From positions 8,370 through 72,369 of the forward strand of contig MGEK01000033.1 in the NCBI GenBank assembly GCA_001791325.1: a DNA stretch of 64,000 bases, written 5' to 3'. A program made the position numbers and the translations under genes. A model generated the notes under the pieces. The model had not been told where the DNA came from. It searched no databases and saw only the letters and a list, made by a program, of their open reading frames with translations. This document shows positions 9,757 to 19,367 of this stretch, piece after piece; the stretch's first letter is position 1, and each line of letters starts with the position of its first letter. Origin of the DNA: Candidatus Uhrbacteria bacterium RIFCSPLOWO2_01_FULL_47_25. GTDB lineage: Bacteria > Patescibacteriota > Patescibacteriia > GWA2-46-9.

Positions 9757-10542
9757 ATGTGGAGCGCTGTCGTATCGTTTTATACCACGTTCTTCTATGA
9801 GCCACTCTTCAACCTGCTCGTGCTTATCTACAACATTCTGCCAGGACACGATTTGGCGGTAGCCATTGTTGTGCTGACCCTCATCACCCGAGTCGTGTTG
9901 TACCCCATTTCCCACTGGTCCATTCGGAAACAGAAGATGCTGCAAGACTTGCAGCCAAAACTCGAAGCCTTGAAGGCGCAGTACAAAGACAGTCGCGAGA
10001 AGCAAGCTGAGGCGCAGATGAAGCTCTTCAAAGACGAGAAGGTGAACCCCCTCTCGTCGTGTTTGCCCACACTCCTCCAGCTACCATTCTTCATTGCTCT
10101 CTTTCAAGTGTTTCAGAATGGGCTGAAGCCGGAGAGTTTGTCGGTTCTGTACCCCTTTGTTTCAAACCCCGGCGGCCTTAATCCCATCGGACTCTGGGGC
10201 CTCCTTGATCTTAGTCATCGTAACATCCCCCTTATCCTGCTGATGGGGGCAGCGCAATTCTGGCAAGGGCATATGTTGCTGCAAAGGCGCCCCCCCATCC
10301 ACACAGGAGGAGCGAAAGATGAGGACATGACTGTGCTCATGAATCAGCAGATGACCTATCTCATGCCGCTTGTTATAATGGGGTTTAGTTGGACGTTTCC
10401 GGCTGGTGTTGCGCTGTATTGGTTCATGACGACGCTCTTTATGGCGCTTCAACAGTGGTATATTTTTCATAAGGATGGCCATAAAAATAAGACTCAAAAA
10501 GATGCAATTAACACACCGACAGATTTTGGGGCTACCAGTTGA
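9757..10542 (+). CDS. yidC: Membrane protein insertase YidC (short form)
   Basis: Multi-TM protein with a YidC-like LLQLPFFIALFQVF segment. The track ORF starts at 9592 but overlaps yidD; the internal Met at 9757 sits just after the yidD stop. Confidence 0.7.
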   Translation: MWSAVVSFYTTFFYEPLFNLLVLIYNILPGHDLAVAIVVLTLITRVVLYPISHWSIRKQKMLQDLQPKLEALKAQYKDSREKQAEAQMKLFKDEKVNPLSSCLPTLLQLPFFIALFQVFQNGLKPESLSVLYPFVSNPGGLNPIGLWGLLDLSHRNIPLILLMGAAQFWQGHMLLQRRPPIHTGGAKDEDMTVLMNQQMTYLMPLVIMGFSWTFPAGVALYWFMTTLFMALQQWYIFHKDGHKNKTQKDAINTPTDFGATS

Positions 10543-10765
10543 AACCCGGAGCGGTCAAAAGCTCGGGGTCGTGGCTTCTTTTGAGCTAGATTCTGAACAG
10601 CAAATTGTATCTCGTTATATTGTTAGGCCGGCTTTGGTGCCGCGTTTATTAGCCAAAGAGCTGATTATTAGCGCCGGGCAGGTCGTTGGTTTAACTAATG
10701 AAAAGATGGTTGTTGTTGACAGCGTTGTGCCAGTCGGGGCGGCTGAAGCATCGCCCGCGATTTAG
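10475..10765 (+). CDS. Hypothetical protein, possible PRC-barrel-like domain (true start may be Met at 10502)
   Basis: 96-aa ORF overlapping the yidC 3' end. Segment ILGLPVETRSGQKLGVVASFELD resembles PRC-barrel proteins. Weak. Confidence 0.3.
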   Translation: MAIKIRLKKMQLTHRQILGLPVETRSGQKLGVVASFELDSEQQIVSRYIVRPALVPRLLAKELIISAGQVVGLTNEKMVVVDSVVPVGAAEASPAI

Positions 10766-10772
10766 TTTTATA

Positions 10773-11531
10773 TTAGAAAGCGCGCTCCCGACCCACTATC
10801 ATTTTCAGCATTTTGGGAATAACCTCAATCGTCGCTGGCAACTTAATCGTATAGGCATTTTCGGCAACCGCCGTGCCGGTGCTGGCGTTCGCAGCCAAAA
10901 TAGTGCCGTGGCGCAACGGAACGACACTGCGTTTTTTGCGGCCCCACCAACCCCTCCCCCCAGATTCAATGGTGGCCTCAAGATAACCGTCTTGACAGTT
11001 TGTGCCTATCCCAAGATTGGCGATAATTAGAGCCGAGCGCGGATCAAGTGGTCGCAGTGTATAGCTGTCTTCGCAGCGCAACGCCAGAGAGTCGCTCGCC
11101 TGGAGGCGAGCTGAAGTTAAGAAATAATGATTATTTATTTTTCCAAGATCAACAACCTCGGTTTTACGTGCCGCCAGAACAGTTACCGCTCCTAACCCTC
11201 CGGGAATTCCGAGCATTGTTGCGACATTACTGGGCTTACCTATTGGAATTATACCCAAGGCTATACTACCAGTCCCCAACGGAACCATGGCATTGATTGC
11301 CAAAGCGACCGTTTGATCGTTGCCTACCGCCACAATGGTTTTGGCCCCTCCTTTTAAGGCGTTTTTAATGAGTTCTGTGGCACTTTTTAGGGGGCTCAAG
11401 CGTCCTGTTCTTCCCTGCAGCCCAAGGTCAGTCAGGCGTGTTTCAATATCCGCGAGCTGGCGATAATACTTTGATTCAGCCAACGACGCATCGTAGAGAT
11501 AAAAATACATACAATCGTAAATCCTAAGCAC
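10773..11531 (-). CDS. Diacylglycerol/lipid kinase family protein (DAGK_cat, YegS/DgkB-like) with degenerate GGDGT motif
   Basis: LGIIPIGKPSNVATMLGIP matches the DAGK LGILPLGTGNDFARSLGIP signature. VAVGNDQT stands in the GGDGT position. Confidence 0.5.
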   Translation of the reverse strand: MLRIYDCMYFYLYDASLAESKYYRQLADIETRLTDLGLQGRTGRLSPLKSATELIKNALKGGAKTIVAVGNDQTVALAINAMVPLGTGSIALGIIPIGKPSNVATMLGIPGGLGAVTVLAARKTEVVDLGKINNHYFLTSARLQASDSLALRCEDSYTLRPLDPRSALIIANLGIGTNCQDGYLEATIESGGRGWWGRKKRSVVPLRHGTILAANASTGTAVAENAYTIKLPATIEVIPKMLKMIVGRERAF

Positions 11532-11671
11532 GAATACCTAATTTCTTCAGCCCATGGCTGATCCGCCTCGGGCGGAAAACAGTAAATCACAAATATCAAT
11601 CGTTTGGAACATTGGAATCTCGAATTTAGCTATTGTTTAGAGATTATAAATTAGAGATTAGATATTGGGAC

Positions 11672-12079
11672 TTACACCGGGGGGCGTTTAATGCCATTAT
11701 TGTCTTTGGGGTTGACTGGTTTTATGCCCCCACTTTCTATGCCCCCCATAGTGCATTTACCGTTGAGGATTGCTCCTTCGGCCACGACAAGCGTTTTTGT
11801 TATTACATCTCCGTCCACGCGGCTTCCTGGGGTAAGCTCAAGGCGATCCTTGGCCGCAATATTACCTTTGACGTGACCAGACACCACCACTGATTCGGCC
11901 TTAACATTGGCATCAATTTGGGCAGACTTTCCTATTGTTAGGTTTTGGTTAGTGGTGATAGTCCCCTGCACGGCGCCACAAATAAGCATAGAACCCTCGC
12001 CCACAAAATTGCCCTCAACATGAACGCCCTCGGCGATAACTGTTGCCCCCTCAAACGCTCCTTGATTTTTATTGAACAT
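11672..12079 (-). CDS. Bactofilin-family cytoskeletal protein
   Basis: 135 aa of beta-helical repeats (VEGNFVGEGSMLICGAVQGTI..., VVVSGHVKGNIAAKDRLEL...) typical of bactofilin/DUF583. Confidence 0.6.
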   Translation of the reverse strand: MFNKNQGAFEGATVIAEGVHVEGNFVGEGSMLICGAVQGTITTNQNLTIGKSAQIDANVKAESVVVSGHVKGNIAAKDRLELTPGSRVDGDVITKTLVVAEGAILNGKCTMGGIESGGIKPVNPKDNNGIKRPPV

Positions 12080-12240
12080 AAGGCATAAATTAATGTATTA
12101 AACACTCCAATCCTATAGTCTCTGGCGGGGTTTGTCAAAACTGTTGAGGCGCGCTATCCTGCCCTCACCCCGTTAGGCTCCCCCTGTAGTTTCCGCTAGA
12201 GGCGGATCCGTCCTTGGCGGACAATGCCATACCAAAATTG

Positions 12241-12312
12241 CGCCCCCGTAGTTCAAGGGATAGAACAGCGGACTCCTAAGCCGCGGATGACCGTTCAACT
12301 CGGTCCGGGGGC
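12241..12312 (+). tRNA. tRNA-Arg (anticodon CCT)
   Basis: Hand-folded cloverleaf. Acceptor GCCCCCG/CGGGGGC, D-stem GTTC/GAAC, anticodon loop CTCCTAA, T-stem GACCG/CGGTC with T-loop TTCAACT. One A:G mismatch at the base of the anticodon stem. Confidence 0.65.
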
Positions 12313-12337
12313 AGATGGTTAACTATAATGCAGCTAT

Positions 12338-12679
12338 TTGATTATGAAAATTATTAAATATAATAAACTGATACGGGATAAAATTCCGCAAATCATCAAA
12401 CAACATAAGGCCGTCCCAAAAATCAGCCAGCTTAGCCAAAGAGCGTTTGTTCAAGAGTTAAAGAAAAAACTTATAGAGGAATCATCTGAATTGAAAAAAG
12501 CCAAAAGCAAAAAAGAGTTCTTAAATGAACTGGCTGATGTTTTAGAAGTTTTACGGACTTTAGCCAGAGTTAAAAAATTAAGCTGGCGAGCGGTGGAAAC
12601 CAAAAGAAAATTTAAAAACAAAGAACGGGGTGGTTTTAGTAAAGGGCTTTTTCTTAAAGAGGTGAGAGAGCAGTCTTAA
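12338..12679 (+). CDS. MazG-like all-alpha nucleoside triphosphate pyrophosphohydrolase
   Basis: KLIRDKIPQII N-terminal motif and ELADVLEVL acidic helix are characteristic of the small MazG/HisE-like NTP-PPase family. Confidence 0.5.
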   Translation: MIMKIIKYNKLIRDKIPQIIKQHKAVPKISQLSQRAFVQELKKKLIEESSELKKAKSKKEFLNELADVLEVLRTLARVKKLSWRAVETKRKFKNKERGGFSKGLFLKEVREQS

Positions 12680-12709
12680 TATAAGTTAATAGTCCTTGAT
12701 ATTTTAGGT

Positions 12710-12733
12710 GGGCCTGTCGTAAAGTGGTATTAC
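12710..12733 (+). pseudogene. 5' tRNA-Ala-like fragment (acceptor 5' half plus D-arm only)
   Basis: GGGCCTGTCGTAAAGTGGTATTAC matches the 5' part of the downstream tRNA-Ala (GGGCCCATAGTAAAGTGGTATTAC). No anticodon or T-arm could be folded. Confidence 0.45.
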
Positions 12734-12824
12734 CCACGCACTATCCGCTCCTTGCAGAAGGGCGGGGCAGGCGCTGCATTTTCGTCTCGTGCTAAATTAT
12801 TATTTATTAAGTTTGTGGTTGGCT

Positions 12825-12895
12825 GGGCCCATAGTAAAGTGGTATTACGGTGCATTCGCATTGCACAGGCGGGAGTTCGATTCTCCCTGGGTCCA
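12825..12895 (+). tRNA. tRNA-Ala (anticodon CGC) with G3:U70 identity pair
   Basis: Acceptor GGGCCCA/TGGGTCC with G3:U70. D-stem GTAA/TTAC. Anticodon stem GTGCA/TGCAC with loop TTCGCAT. T-stem GGGAG/CTCCC with loop TTCGATT. Confidence 0.75.
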
Positions 12896-13024
12896 GCGAG
12901 CTACAAACACTTCTGATAAATAATTTTAGTGCGGGGCGGGTTATGGAAGCGGTCAGCCGGAATTCTCTGTTCAAAACGGGTATAACTTTTTTGGAAAGCC
13001 ACCATCAAACCCACGATAAATCAC

Positions 13025-13453
13025 TTGTATCTAGCCATGTCTACACACAAACATTTGTATAAGCACATCCCTGAAGAATATCGTCAGTATTGGGAGCCGT
13101 ATAAAACGGATAAAGTTTTACTGCATTTAACTACAAGGGTAAATTTTGAGAACATTAAAAAGGTTGGGCATATAGAGCCAAGAGACCCGTTCCCAAAACA
13201 TTGGGCTGGTATAAAAGCCATCTTTTTGGCCGATCCGGATGACCCCCTTTATGCCGAATCTCTCAAGTATGTTCTTGCTCACGTCAAAGAAAAACACAAG
13301 GGATTACTTCGACTGCATATTAAAACAAAAAATGATCTCTACAAGTCTAAAGACCCGGCGAGGACTTTTCAGGTAATGTCGTTATCTCCCATATATTTTG
13401 AAGACATTATTGAAATTGAAAATTTACAGAATTCTAAGGTAGAATATCGTTAA
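13025..13453 (+). CDS. Hypothetical protein
   Basis: 142-aa ORF with no recognisable motif. Confidence 0.35.
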   Translation: MYLAMSTHKHLYKHIPEEYRQYWEPYKTDKVLLHLTTRVNFENIKKVGHIEPRDPFPKHWAGIKAIFLADPDDPLYAESLKYVLAHVKEKHKGLLRLHIKTKNDLYKSKDPARTFQVMSLSPIYFEDIIEIENLQNSKVEYR

Positions 13454-13508
13454 TAATTTGGTTCCAACTTACACCTAGCCCACTAAACTTAAGGGCAATT
13501 TAAACTTT

Positions 13509-13961
13509 ATGAAAAAACGAAGCAAAAATTTACAAACAGTGCTGAACATTCTACGTGACGAAGCGAACGGCGATATTTTATCCGCACTCAAAAAAATGGC
13601 GAAAGATTACACAATGACCTGGGTTGATGCCGGCATAGATGGGAAGCAACTTTTTCCGACCACCAGCAAAGACATCAAAAATGATATGGAAGAGGCGTAT
13701 GTCATAAAAGGCAGACAATATGATATACGGAACATTGCGGAGGGAGACGGGGTAGTATTCGTAGAGCTTATTGAAAGCTACCCGAACCCCAAGACAAGGA
13801 AAGTGTACCGCACGCCACTTGTTCTAGTTTTAGAAATGAAAAATGGGAAAATACGAACTGGCAGACACTATCTTGATCCACGACTATCCGGCAAACTTCT
13901 TTCCAAAATTCAAATTGAGAAAGCGTATAAAAACAACAAAGGTTCAATGTTGGTAATATGA
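13509..13961 (+). CDS. Hypothetical protein, paralog A (~80% aa identity to 51746..52201), possibly NTF2/SnoaL-like fold
   Basis: 150 aa. Direct alignment to the 51746 ORF product shows ~120/150 identical residues. Confidence 0.5.
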   Translation: MKKRSKNLQTVLNILRDEANGDILSALKKMAKDYTMTWVDAGIDGKQLFPTTSKDIKNDMEEAYVIKGRQYDIRNIAEGDGVVFVELIESYPNPKTRKVYRTPLVLVLEMKNGKIRTGRHYLDPRLSGKLLSKIQIEKAYKNNKGSMLVI

Positions 13962-13980
13962 TAGTTAATTTTAACATTTT

Positions 13981-14694
13981 ATGACAATAGACAGAGAAAC
14001 AAACTACTTTGATCCAGACTACTTGGCTTCTCGGCAAAAAGTAACTAGAGAATATAGGGAATTGGCGGAAGAGCAATTGCCAACGCCGGAAAAAGATTGG
14101 GGGATTATTTGGCCGCTTAGCGGTCCAGATTTAACATTTGAAGAGGACCCTACAACCGCGCCCGAAGAAGCACACAAAACAGTAACCTATAATCAGACCA
14201 AGGGCAGATTTGAAACTGCCTTAAATTTAGCTAAATTGGTAACCGCCCTTAGGACAAATAAAGATTTAAAGGATATCACCATGGCTGATATTGAGCAGGC
14301 AGGCCCCATGATATATTGGAATGGCAGAGCTGCGCACAATAATTATCTAGCCGAATTTGTTGCCAGCGGCGAACTGGAGAAACGTTATAATTTCCCAGCC
14401 AGCAAATTAGCCATTACTGCTAATAGAGAGATAAAACACACCGATGATCAGTTTGAAGATTTCCCTATAAACATTTTACCGCCCGGAGAAAAAGTAATAA
14501 TCGTAACCGATTTCTATCACTTGCCGCGCGTCAAAAGATATGCCCAGAAATATGCCAAGAAACTTCTCCCGGAAGAAGTTGTTTTATACCCGGCCCAACC
14601 CAGCCGTTTGCCGGTAAAAATGGCCATTCAAGAAATTAAAAAGATACACGGCTATTCTCAAGAAGGAATTTTACCACCGGATACAGATAATTGA
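13981..14694 (+). CDS. DUF218 (YdcF/SanA-like) domain protein
   Basis: VIIVTDFYHLPRVKRYAQKY matches the DUF218 signature lVTsayHmpRa. Confidence 0.45.
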   Translation: MTIDRETNYFDPDYLASRQKVTREYRELAEEQLPTPEKDWGIIWPLSGPDLTFEEDPTTAPEEAHKTVTYNQTKGRFETALNLAKLVTALRTNKDLKDITMADIEQAGPMIYWNGRAAHNNYLAEFVASGELEKRYNFPASKLAITANREIKHTDDQFEDFPINILPPGEKVIIVTDFYHLPRVKRYAQKYAKKLLPEEVVLYPAQPSRLPVKMAIQEIKKIHGYSQEGILPPDTDN

Positions 14695-15090
14695 TTTATT
14701 TTAACAGAGTTGATTATTGCTTTTTAAATTATTTGTGATAGGGTGGCTGCATGGGATTTACGGTACGTACATTTATCGTCCACGAGCAGGCAACCTAAAA
14801 GGAGGCAGGGATAAAAAAGGAAGTCGCAACCGCATTACAGAGGATCATCTCACGTGACATTCTCCCGCAACTGGAGGAATCGGAGCAAAAGAGTCAACAC
14901 CCCGAGGAGGATATGCTCGTGGCAGCTATGGCCAATCTGCTTATCGCTGGGCTGAAGGAGTTGGGCAGAGGACGATCATGGGACCTCAATCAGATTCAAG
15001 AGCTAAGGGTAAGGGCAGAGCGTCTCATTGGCGGACTCATGAGATATGACCAAACCGTACGTGGAGACTATTGAAGAACAGGAGGGCAGA

Positions 15091-15435
15091 ATGTCACGGG
15101 TAAAAGGCAACGATCCCAGGGGGTCAAAGAGGCTAACGCTGGTCAGAGGAAAGAAAATCCAAGATATGGACCAGGAGCTCAAGTCCATATTTGTCGTGGA
15201 AGATTCAAAAAACCAGCCCACGGGGACGCAGGCATTAATGCTTGCCATACTGGAGGACGGGATTCGGAGCTACCTAAGCCAAGTTCAGCACATTACTGAG
15301 GAGGCAGAGCACTGGGTTAACCTCAATAGGCGCTCGCCATTCAGCTTTGTGGTTGTGTGTGAGACGCTCGACTTGGATCCAGCCAAGGTGCGTGAGGCAC
15401 TCAAGCGAATGCGCGACAAACACACTTCCAAGTAG
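15091..15435 (+). CDS. Hypothetical protein in a higher-GC patch
   Basis: Strong SD AGGAGGG sits 5 nt before ATG 15091. The track ORF begins at 15046 but that start lacks an RBS. Confidence 0.4.
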   Translation: MSRVKGNDPRGSKRLTLVRGKKIQDMDQELKSIFVVEDSKNQPTGTQALMLAILEDGIRSYLSQVQHITEEAEHWVNLNRRSPFSFVVVCETLDLDPAKVREALKRMRDKHTSK

Positions 15436-15465
15436 TGGCCATCGCGGCCAAAAGAATATCGACTC

Positions 15466-15499
15466 GTTACTTTCCAGTGACGAGTCGAATGTTTTTCAT
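15466..15499 (+). terminator. Rho-independent terminator
   Basis: TCGACTCGTTAC tttccag TGACGAGTCGA hairpin followed by ATGTTTTTC. Confidence 0.6.
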
Positions 15500-15594
15500 A
15501 CTAACCTCCATGAGTTCAATTTGTGTGACAAGATTTGTCCTACGAGAGCATGGCTTCTATTTCAGAGTCTTGCTTATTATGATAAAGTAAACTC

Positions 15595-16890
15595 ATGAAA
15601 ATACTCAATGCGAAAAAACTCGCCACTACCCAAGCTCGCCGCGCCGTTTTAGAGATTGCCGAAGCGGGCCTCATGGCCGTGGATACAGGAACGGTCATCA
15701 AGGCGGCTATTAAACTTGAGGACAATCGCTTGTGCGTCAATGATCAGATTTGTTCGCTTGTCGGGGCAAATCGTATTTTTTTGGTGGGCGTTGGCAAGTG
15801 TGCCATTGAGGCGGCCGCGGCCTTGGAAGAAATTTTGGGTGCCAAACTTTTTGATGGCATTGTTTTGGGGGTTGACGGCTCTCCGGCGCAAAATTTAAAA
15901 ACCGTGAAAGTTATGCTCGGCACCCATCCCCTGCCCACTGAAAAAAACATTGCCGCCACTAAAGCCATTGTGGCCATGTTGGATAGTCTTCAGGAAAAAG
16001 ACCTCGTTATTATTATTGTTTCTGGCGGCGGTTCCACATTGCTTTGTTTGCCCGAAGAGGGCGCGACCTGCGTTGAAGAAGGGCTGGTCTTACAACAATT
16101 ATTCCGAGCTGGCGTCAGCATTCAAGATGTTAATACCATTAGAAAACATTTGTCGCTGGCTCGCGGCGGGTATCTGGCTAAATATGCTTATCCCGCCCAA
16201 GTTATTTCTCTGATTTTTTCCGACGTGCCCGGCAATGACCTTGAGTTTATCGCTTCTGGGCCGACCATCAAAGACACAACAACGGTTGTTGATGCTGACG
16301 CCATTTTGGTTAAGTACGGAATTCTGAAGGCCTGCGGCCTGGCACACTGCGGTCTTATAGAAACCCCTAAGGAAGACAAATATTTTGAGCGAGTGCAAAA
16401 TATTCTCTTTGTTTCCAATAAGTTGGCGCTTGAGGCGATGGCCGCAAAGGCGCACGAACTAGGATACGTGCCGACTATTTGCACTGACTGCTTAACCGGC
16501 GAAGCAAGAGAAGTGGGTATCAAGGTATCGGCCGAGCTTCATGCCGTTCCTTCCAAAAGCGTTAGGCTCTATGGCGGCGAGACAACAGTTACCATAAAAG
16601 GCCAAGGAAAGGGCGGGCGTAATCAAGAGCTCGCTCTGGGCGCGCTTAGCGCAATTCAGGCTGAAGAATTAATTATGGCCTTTGCTTCTGACGGCCGCGA
16701 CAACACTGATGCATCTGGCGCTATTTGTGATACAATAATCAAAGAAGAAGCGGCGAGGCTTGGGCTGGCCCCTAATGTCTTTCTTCAAAACAACGATAGT
16801 TATACTTTTTTCAAGCAAACAGGTGGCCATTTAATTACCGGCTACACCGGCTCCAATGTTTCTGATTTGTTAATTGCCCTAAAGAGTTAA
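15595..16890 (+). CDS. Glycerate 2-kinase (MOFRL family, GckA/TtuD-like)
   Basis: 431 aa. N-terminal MKILNAKKLATTQARRAVLEIAEAGLMAVD and the Gly-rich IIIVSGGGSTLL are typical of MOFRL glycerate kinases. Confidence 0.6.
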   Translation: MKILNAKKLATTQARRAVLEIAEAGLMAVDTGTVIKAAIKLEDNRLCVNDQICSLVGANRIFLVGVGKCAIEAAAALEEILGAKLFDGIVLGVDGSPAQNLKTVKVMLGTHPLPTEKNIAATKAIVAMLDSLQEKDLVIIIVSGGGSTLLCLPEEGATCVEEGLVLQQLFRAGVSIQDVNTIRKHLSLARGGYLAKYAYPAQVISLIFSDVPGNDLEFIASGPTIKDTTTVVDADAILVKYGILKACGLAHCGLIETPKEDKYFERVQNILFVSNKLALEAMAAKAHELGYVPTICTDCLTGEAREVGIKVSAELHAVPSKSVRLYGGETTVTIKGQGKGGRNQELALGALSAIQAEELIMAFASDGRDNTDASGAICDTIIKEEAARLGLAPNVFLQNNDSYTFFKQTGGHLITGYTGSNVSDLLIALKS

Positions 16891-16903
16891 TTTAAAAACC
16901 AAC

Positions 16904-19348
16904 ATGACCTCAAAACTAATACTTTGGATGGAACAAGTTGGCATTAAAGATGTGCCCCGAGTGGGTGGCAAAAATGCTTCTTTGGGAGAAATGATTCAAC
17001 GCCTTGGGTCCAAAGGAGTGCGCGTGCCCCACGGCTTCATTGTCACCGCCGATGCTTATCGCTATTTTTTGAAAGAAACCGGCTTGGACTCATTTATCGC
17101 CACCACTTTGAAGGGTTTGGATACGAGTAACTTAAAAGATTTGTCGCGGCGAGGAGAACTTATTCGTCATCGGATAAAGCAGGCGAATTTTCCTAAAGAC
17201 TTAGAGGACGCCGTGCGGCTTGGCTACCAGCAAATGGAAAAGAAGTACGGTCGCAATGTTGATGTGGCTGTTCGTTCTAGCGCCACAGCCGAAGATTTGC
17301 CCGGCGCCAGCTTTGCCGGTGAGCACGATACCTACTTGGGCATTCGCGGCGCTGACAATGTCACCAAAGCCGTGCGCGCGGCTATGTCTTCTCTTTTTAC
17401 TGATCGGGCGATTTCTTACCGAGTGGATAAGGGATTTAAACACTCAGCGGTAGCTCTTTCAGTGGGCGTTCAGCGCATGGTGCGCTCTGACCTTGGCGTC
17501 TCGGGTGTTATTTTTACCGTGGACACGGAGTCTGGGTTCTCGGACGTGGTGATAATTACTGGTTCGTGGGGCTTGGGAGAAATGATTGTGCAAGGAGAAG
17601 TGACGCCGGACGAATTTTTAGTTTGGAAATCAGGAATTAGCCTTAAAGACAAAAAACCCATTATTGGTAAACACCTTGGAGACAAGTCTCGCAAAATGGT
17701 CTATGCGACTCTGGGCGAAGCCAAAACGACTAAGGTGGTACAATGTTCGGCCATAGAAAAAAACAGCTTTATTTTGACGGATAAGGAAATTTTAAAACTT
17801 GCCCATTGGGCTAAGATTATTGAAGACCACTATTCAAAAAAGAATGGCCGCTGGTCGCCTATGGATATTGAATGGGCTAAGGACGGGAAGAGCGGCGAGC
17901 TGTTCATCGTGCAGGCGAGACCCGAAACTGTGCAGGCCGAACGCGATTTTTCCAAAATTAAAGAGCATATCCGCCAAGAGGAAGGGCATCTTATCGCCAA
18001 GGGCATTTCAGTAGGCAGCAGTATTGCTACTGGACGAGCGCATATCATTCTTGACGCTAAACACATTGGGGAATTTAAGAAGGGTGAAATTTTAATAACG
18101 GGAATGACTGACCCTGATTGGGAGCCGATTATGAAGATCGCCTCGGCCATCATTACTGATAAAGGCGGGCGCACTTCTCACGCGGCCATTGTCAGCCGCG
18201 AGCTCGGTATTCCAGCCGTGGTTGGTTGTGGCAATGCCACTCACGAGATCAGCACTGGCGACGTTGTGACCGTGGACACGAGCGGTAGCGATGGGCTGAT
18301 CTTTAGAGGAGCATTAAAGTTTAAAGTTGTTGAGCACGATATTAAAAAATTACCGACGCCCAAAACGCATATTATGATGAACATCGGTACTCCGGAAATC
18401 GCTTTTGAAAAATCCTTCTTACCAAACCGCGGCGTGGGGCTGGCGCGCGAAGAATTCATTATCGCCTCGCACATTGGGGTGCACCCCTTGGCTCTTTTGA
18501 ACTATCGTTTCTTGACACCAAAAATTAAGAAAGCCATAGACAAAAAAACGCGTGGATGGAGCAATCGCATTCAGTTTTATGTTGACAATTTGGCATTCGG
18601 TATTGCCAAAATAGGCGCCGCGTTTTACCCCCACCCTGTTATTGTGCGGTTTTCAGATTTTAAGACGAATGAATACCGCAGCTTGCTCGGTGGTGAGAAA
18701 TATGAACCACTTGAGGAAAACCCGATGCTTGGCTGGCGCGGCGCCTCTCGCTATTACGATCCCAAGTTCAAGGACGCCTTTATTTTAGAATGTAGAGCGT
18801 TGAAAAAAGTGCGCGAAGAAATGGGGCTCACTAATGTTATTCCCATGGTGCCATTTTGCCGAACACCTGCAGAAGGTCTTAAAGTGTTAGAAGTTATGGC
18901 CGAGACAGGGCTCGTGACGCGAGCTGTAAAAAACAGATATCGCGTCGGAGCAGGGTCAATCACGCCGGTTTATATGATGTGCGAGATACCTTCAAACGTT
19001 TTATTGATTGATAAATTTTTAGATATTTTTGACGGGTTTTCTATTGGTTCTAATGACTTAACCCAACTCACGCTTGGTCTTGATCGTGATTCAGGCATTG
19101 TAAACCATGTGGCCAATGAAAAAGATCAGTCGGTGAAAATGTTGATTGCCGCCGCCATCAAGCGCTGCCGTGAGCGTAAAAAATACATTGGCATTTGCGG
19201 GCAAGGGCCGTCTGACTATCCGGATTTTGCCGCCTTCTTGATTGAGGCGGGAATTGAGAGCATGTCCTTGAACCCCGACACCATTGTTAAAACCACACTG
19301 GCCGTGGTTAAAAAAGAGTGGGAGCTTAGCCGAAAAAAACGCCAATAA
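16904..19348 (+). CDS. ppsA: Phosphoenolpyruvate synthase (pyruvate, water dikinase)
   Basis: 814 aa. N-terminal ATP-grasp region. Phosphohistidine domain TDKGGRTSHAAIVSRELGIPAVVG. C-terminal PEP-binding TIM barrel. Confidence 0.85.
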   Translation: MTSKLILWMEQVGIKDVPRVGGKNASLGEMIQRLGSKGVRVPHGFIVTADAYRYFLKETGLDSFIATTLKGLDTSNLKDLSRRGELIRHRIKQANFPKDLEDAVRLGYQQMEKKYGRNVDVAVRSSATAEDLPGASFAGEHDTYLGIRGADNVTKAVRAAMSSLFTDRAISYRVDKGFKHSAVALSVGVQRMVRSDLGVSGVIFTVDTESGFSDVVIITGSWGLGEMIVQGEVTPDEFLVWKSGISLKDKKPIIGKHLGDKSRKMVYATLGEAKTTKVVQCSAIEKNSFILTDKEILKLAHWAKIIEDHYSKKNGRWSPMDIEWAKDGKSGELFIVQARPETVQAERDFSKIKEHIRQEEGHLIAKGISVGSSIATGRAHIILDAKHIGEFKKGEILITGMTDPDWEPIMKIASAIITDKGGRTSHAAIVSRELGIPAVVGCGNATHEISTGDVVTVDTSGSDGLIFRGALKFKVVEHDIKKLPTPKTHIMMNIGTPEIAFEKSFLPNRGVGLAREEFIIASHIGVHPLALLNYRFLTPKIKKAIDKKTRGWSNRIQFYVDNLAFGIAKIGAAFYPHPVIVRFSDFKTNEYRSLLGGEKYEPLEENPMLGWRGASRYYDPKFKDAFILECRALKKVREEMGLTNVIPMVPFCRTPAEGLKVLEVMAETGLVTRAVKNRYRVGAGSITPVYMMCEIPSNVLLIDKFLDIFDGFSIGSNDLTQLTLGLDRDSGIVNHVANEKDQSVKMLIAAAIKRCRERKKYIGICGQGPSDYPDFAAFLIEAGIESMSLNPDTIVKTTLAVVKKEWELSRKKRQ

Positions 19349-19367
19349 ATTAATACAAGTATTTACT

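Noticed and set aside
12140-12160. Fifth MITE copy suggested by CCCCGTTAG at ~12150
   Set aside because: Only a 9-mer matches (followed by GCTCC, not AAGTCT). No partner TIR and no conserved interior.
12700-12790. Intact second tRNA (or intron-containing tRNA) upstream of tRNA-Ala(CGC)
   Set aside because: Only the acceptor 5' strand and D-arm can be folded. No anticodon stem partner, no T-arm/TTC loop and no 3' acceptor complement. Called a fragment instead.
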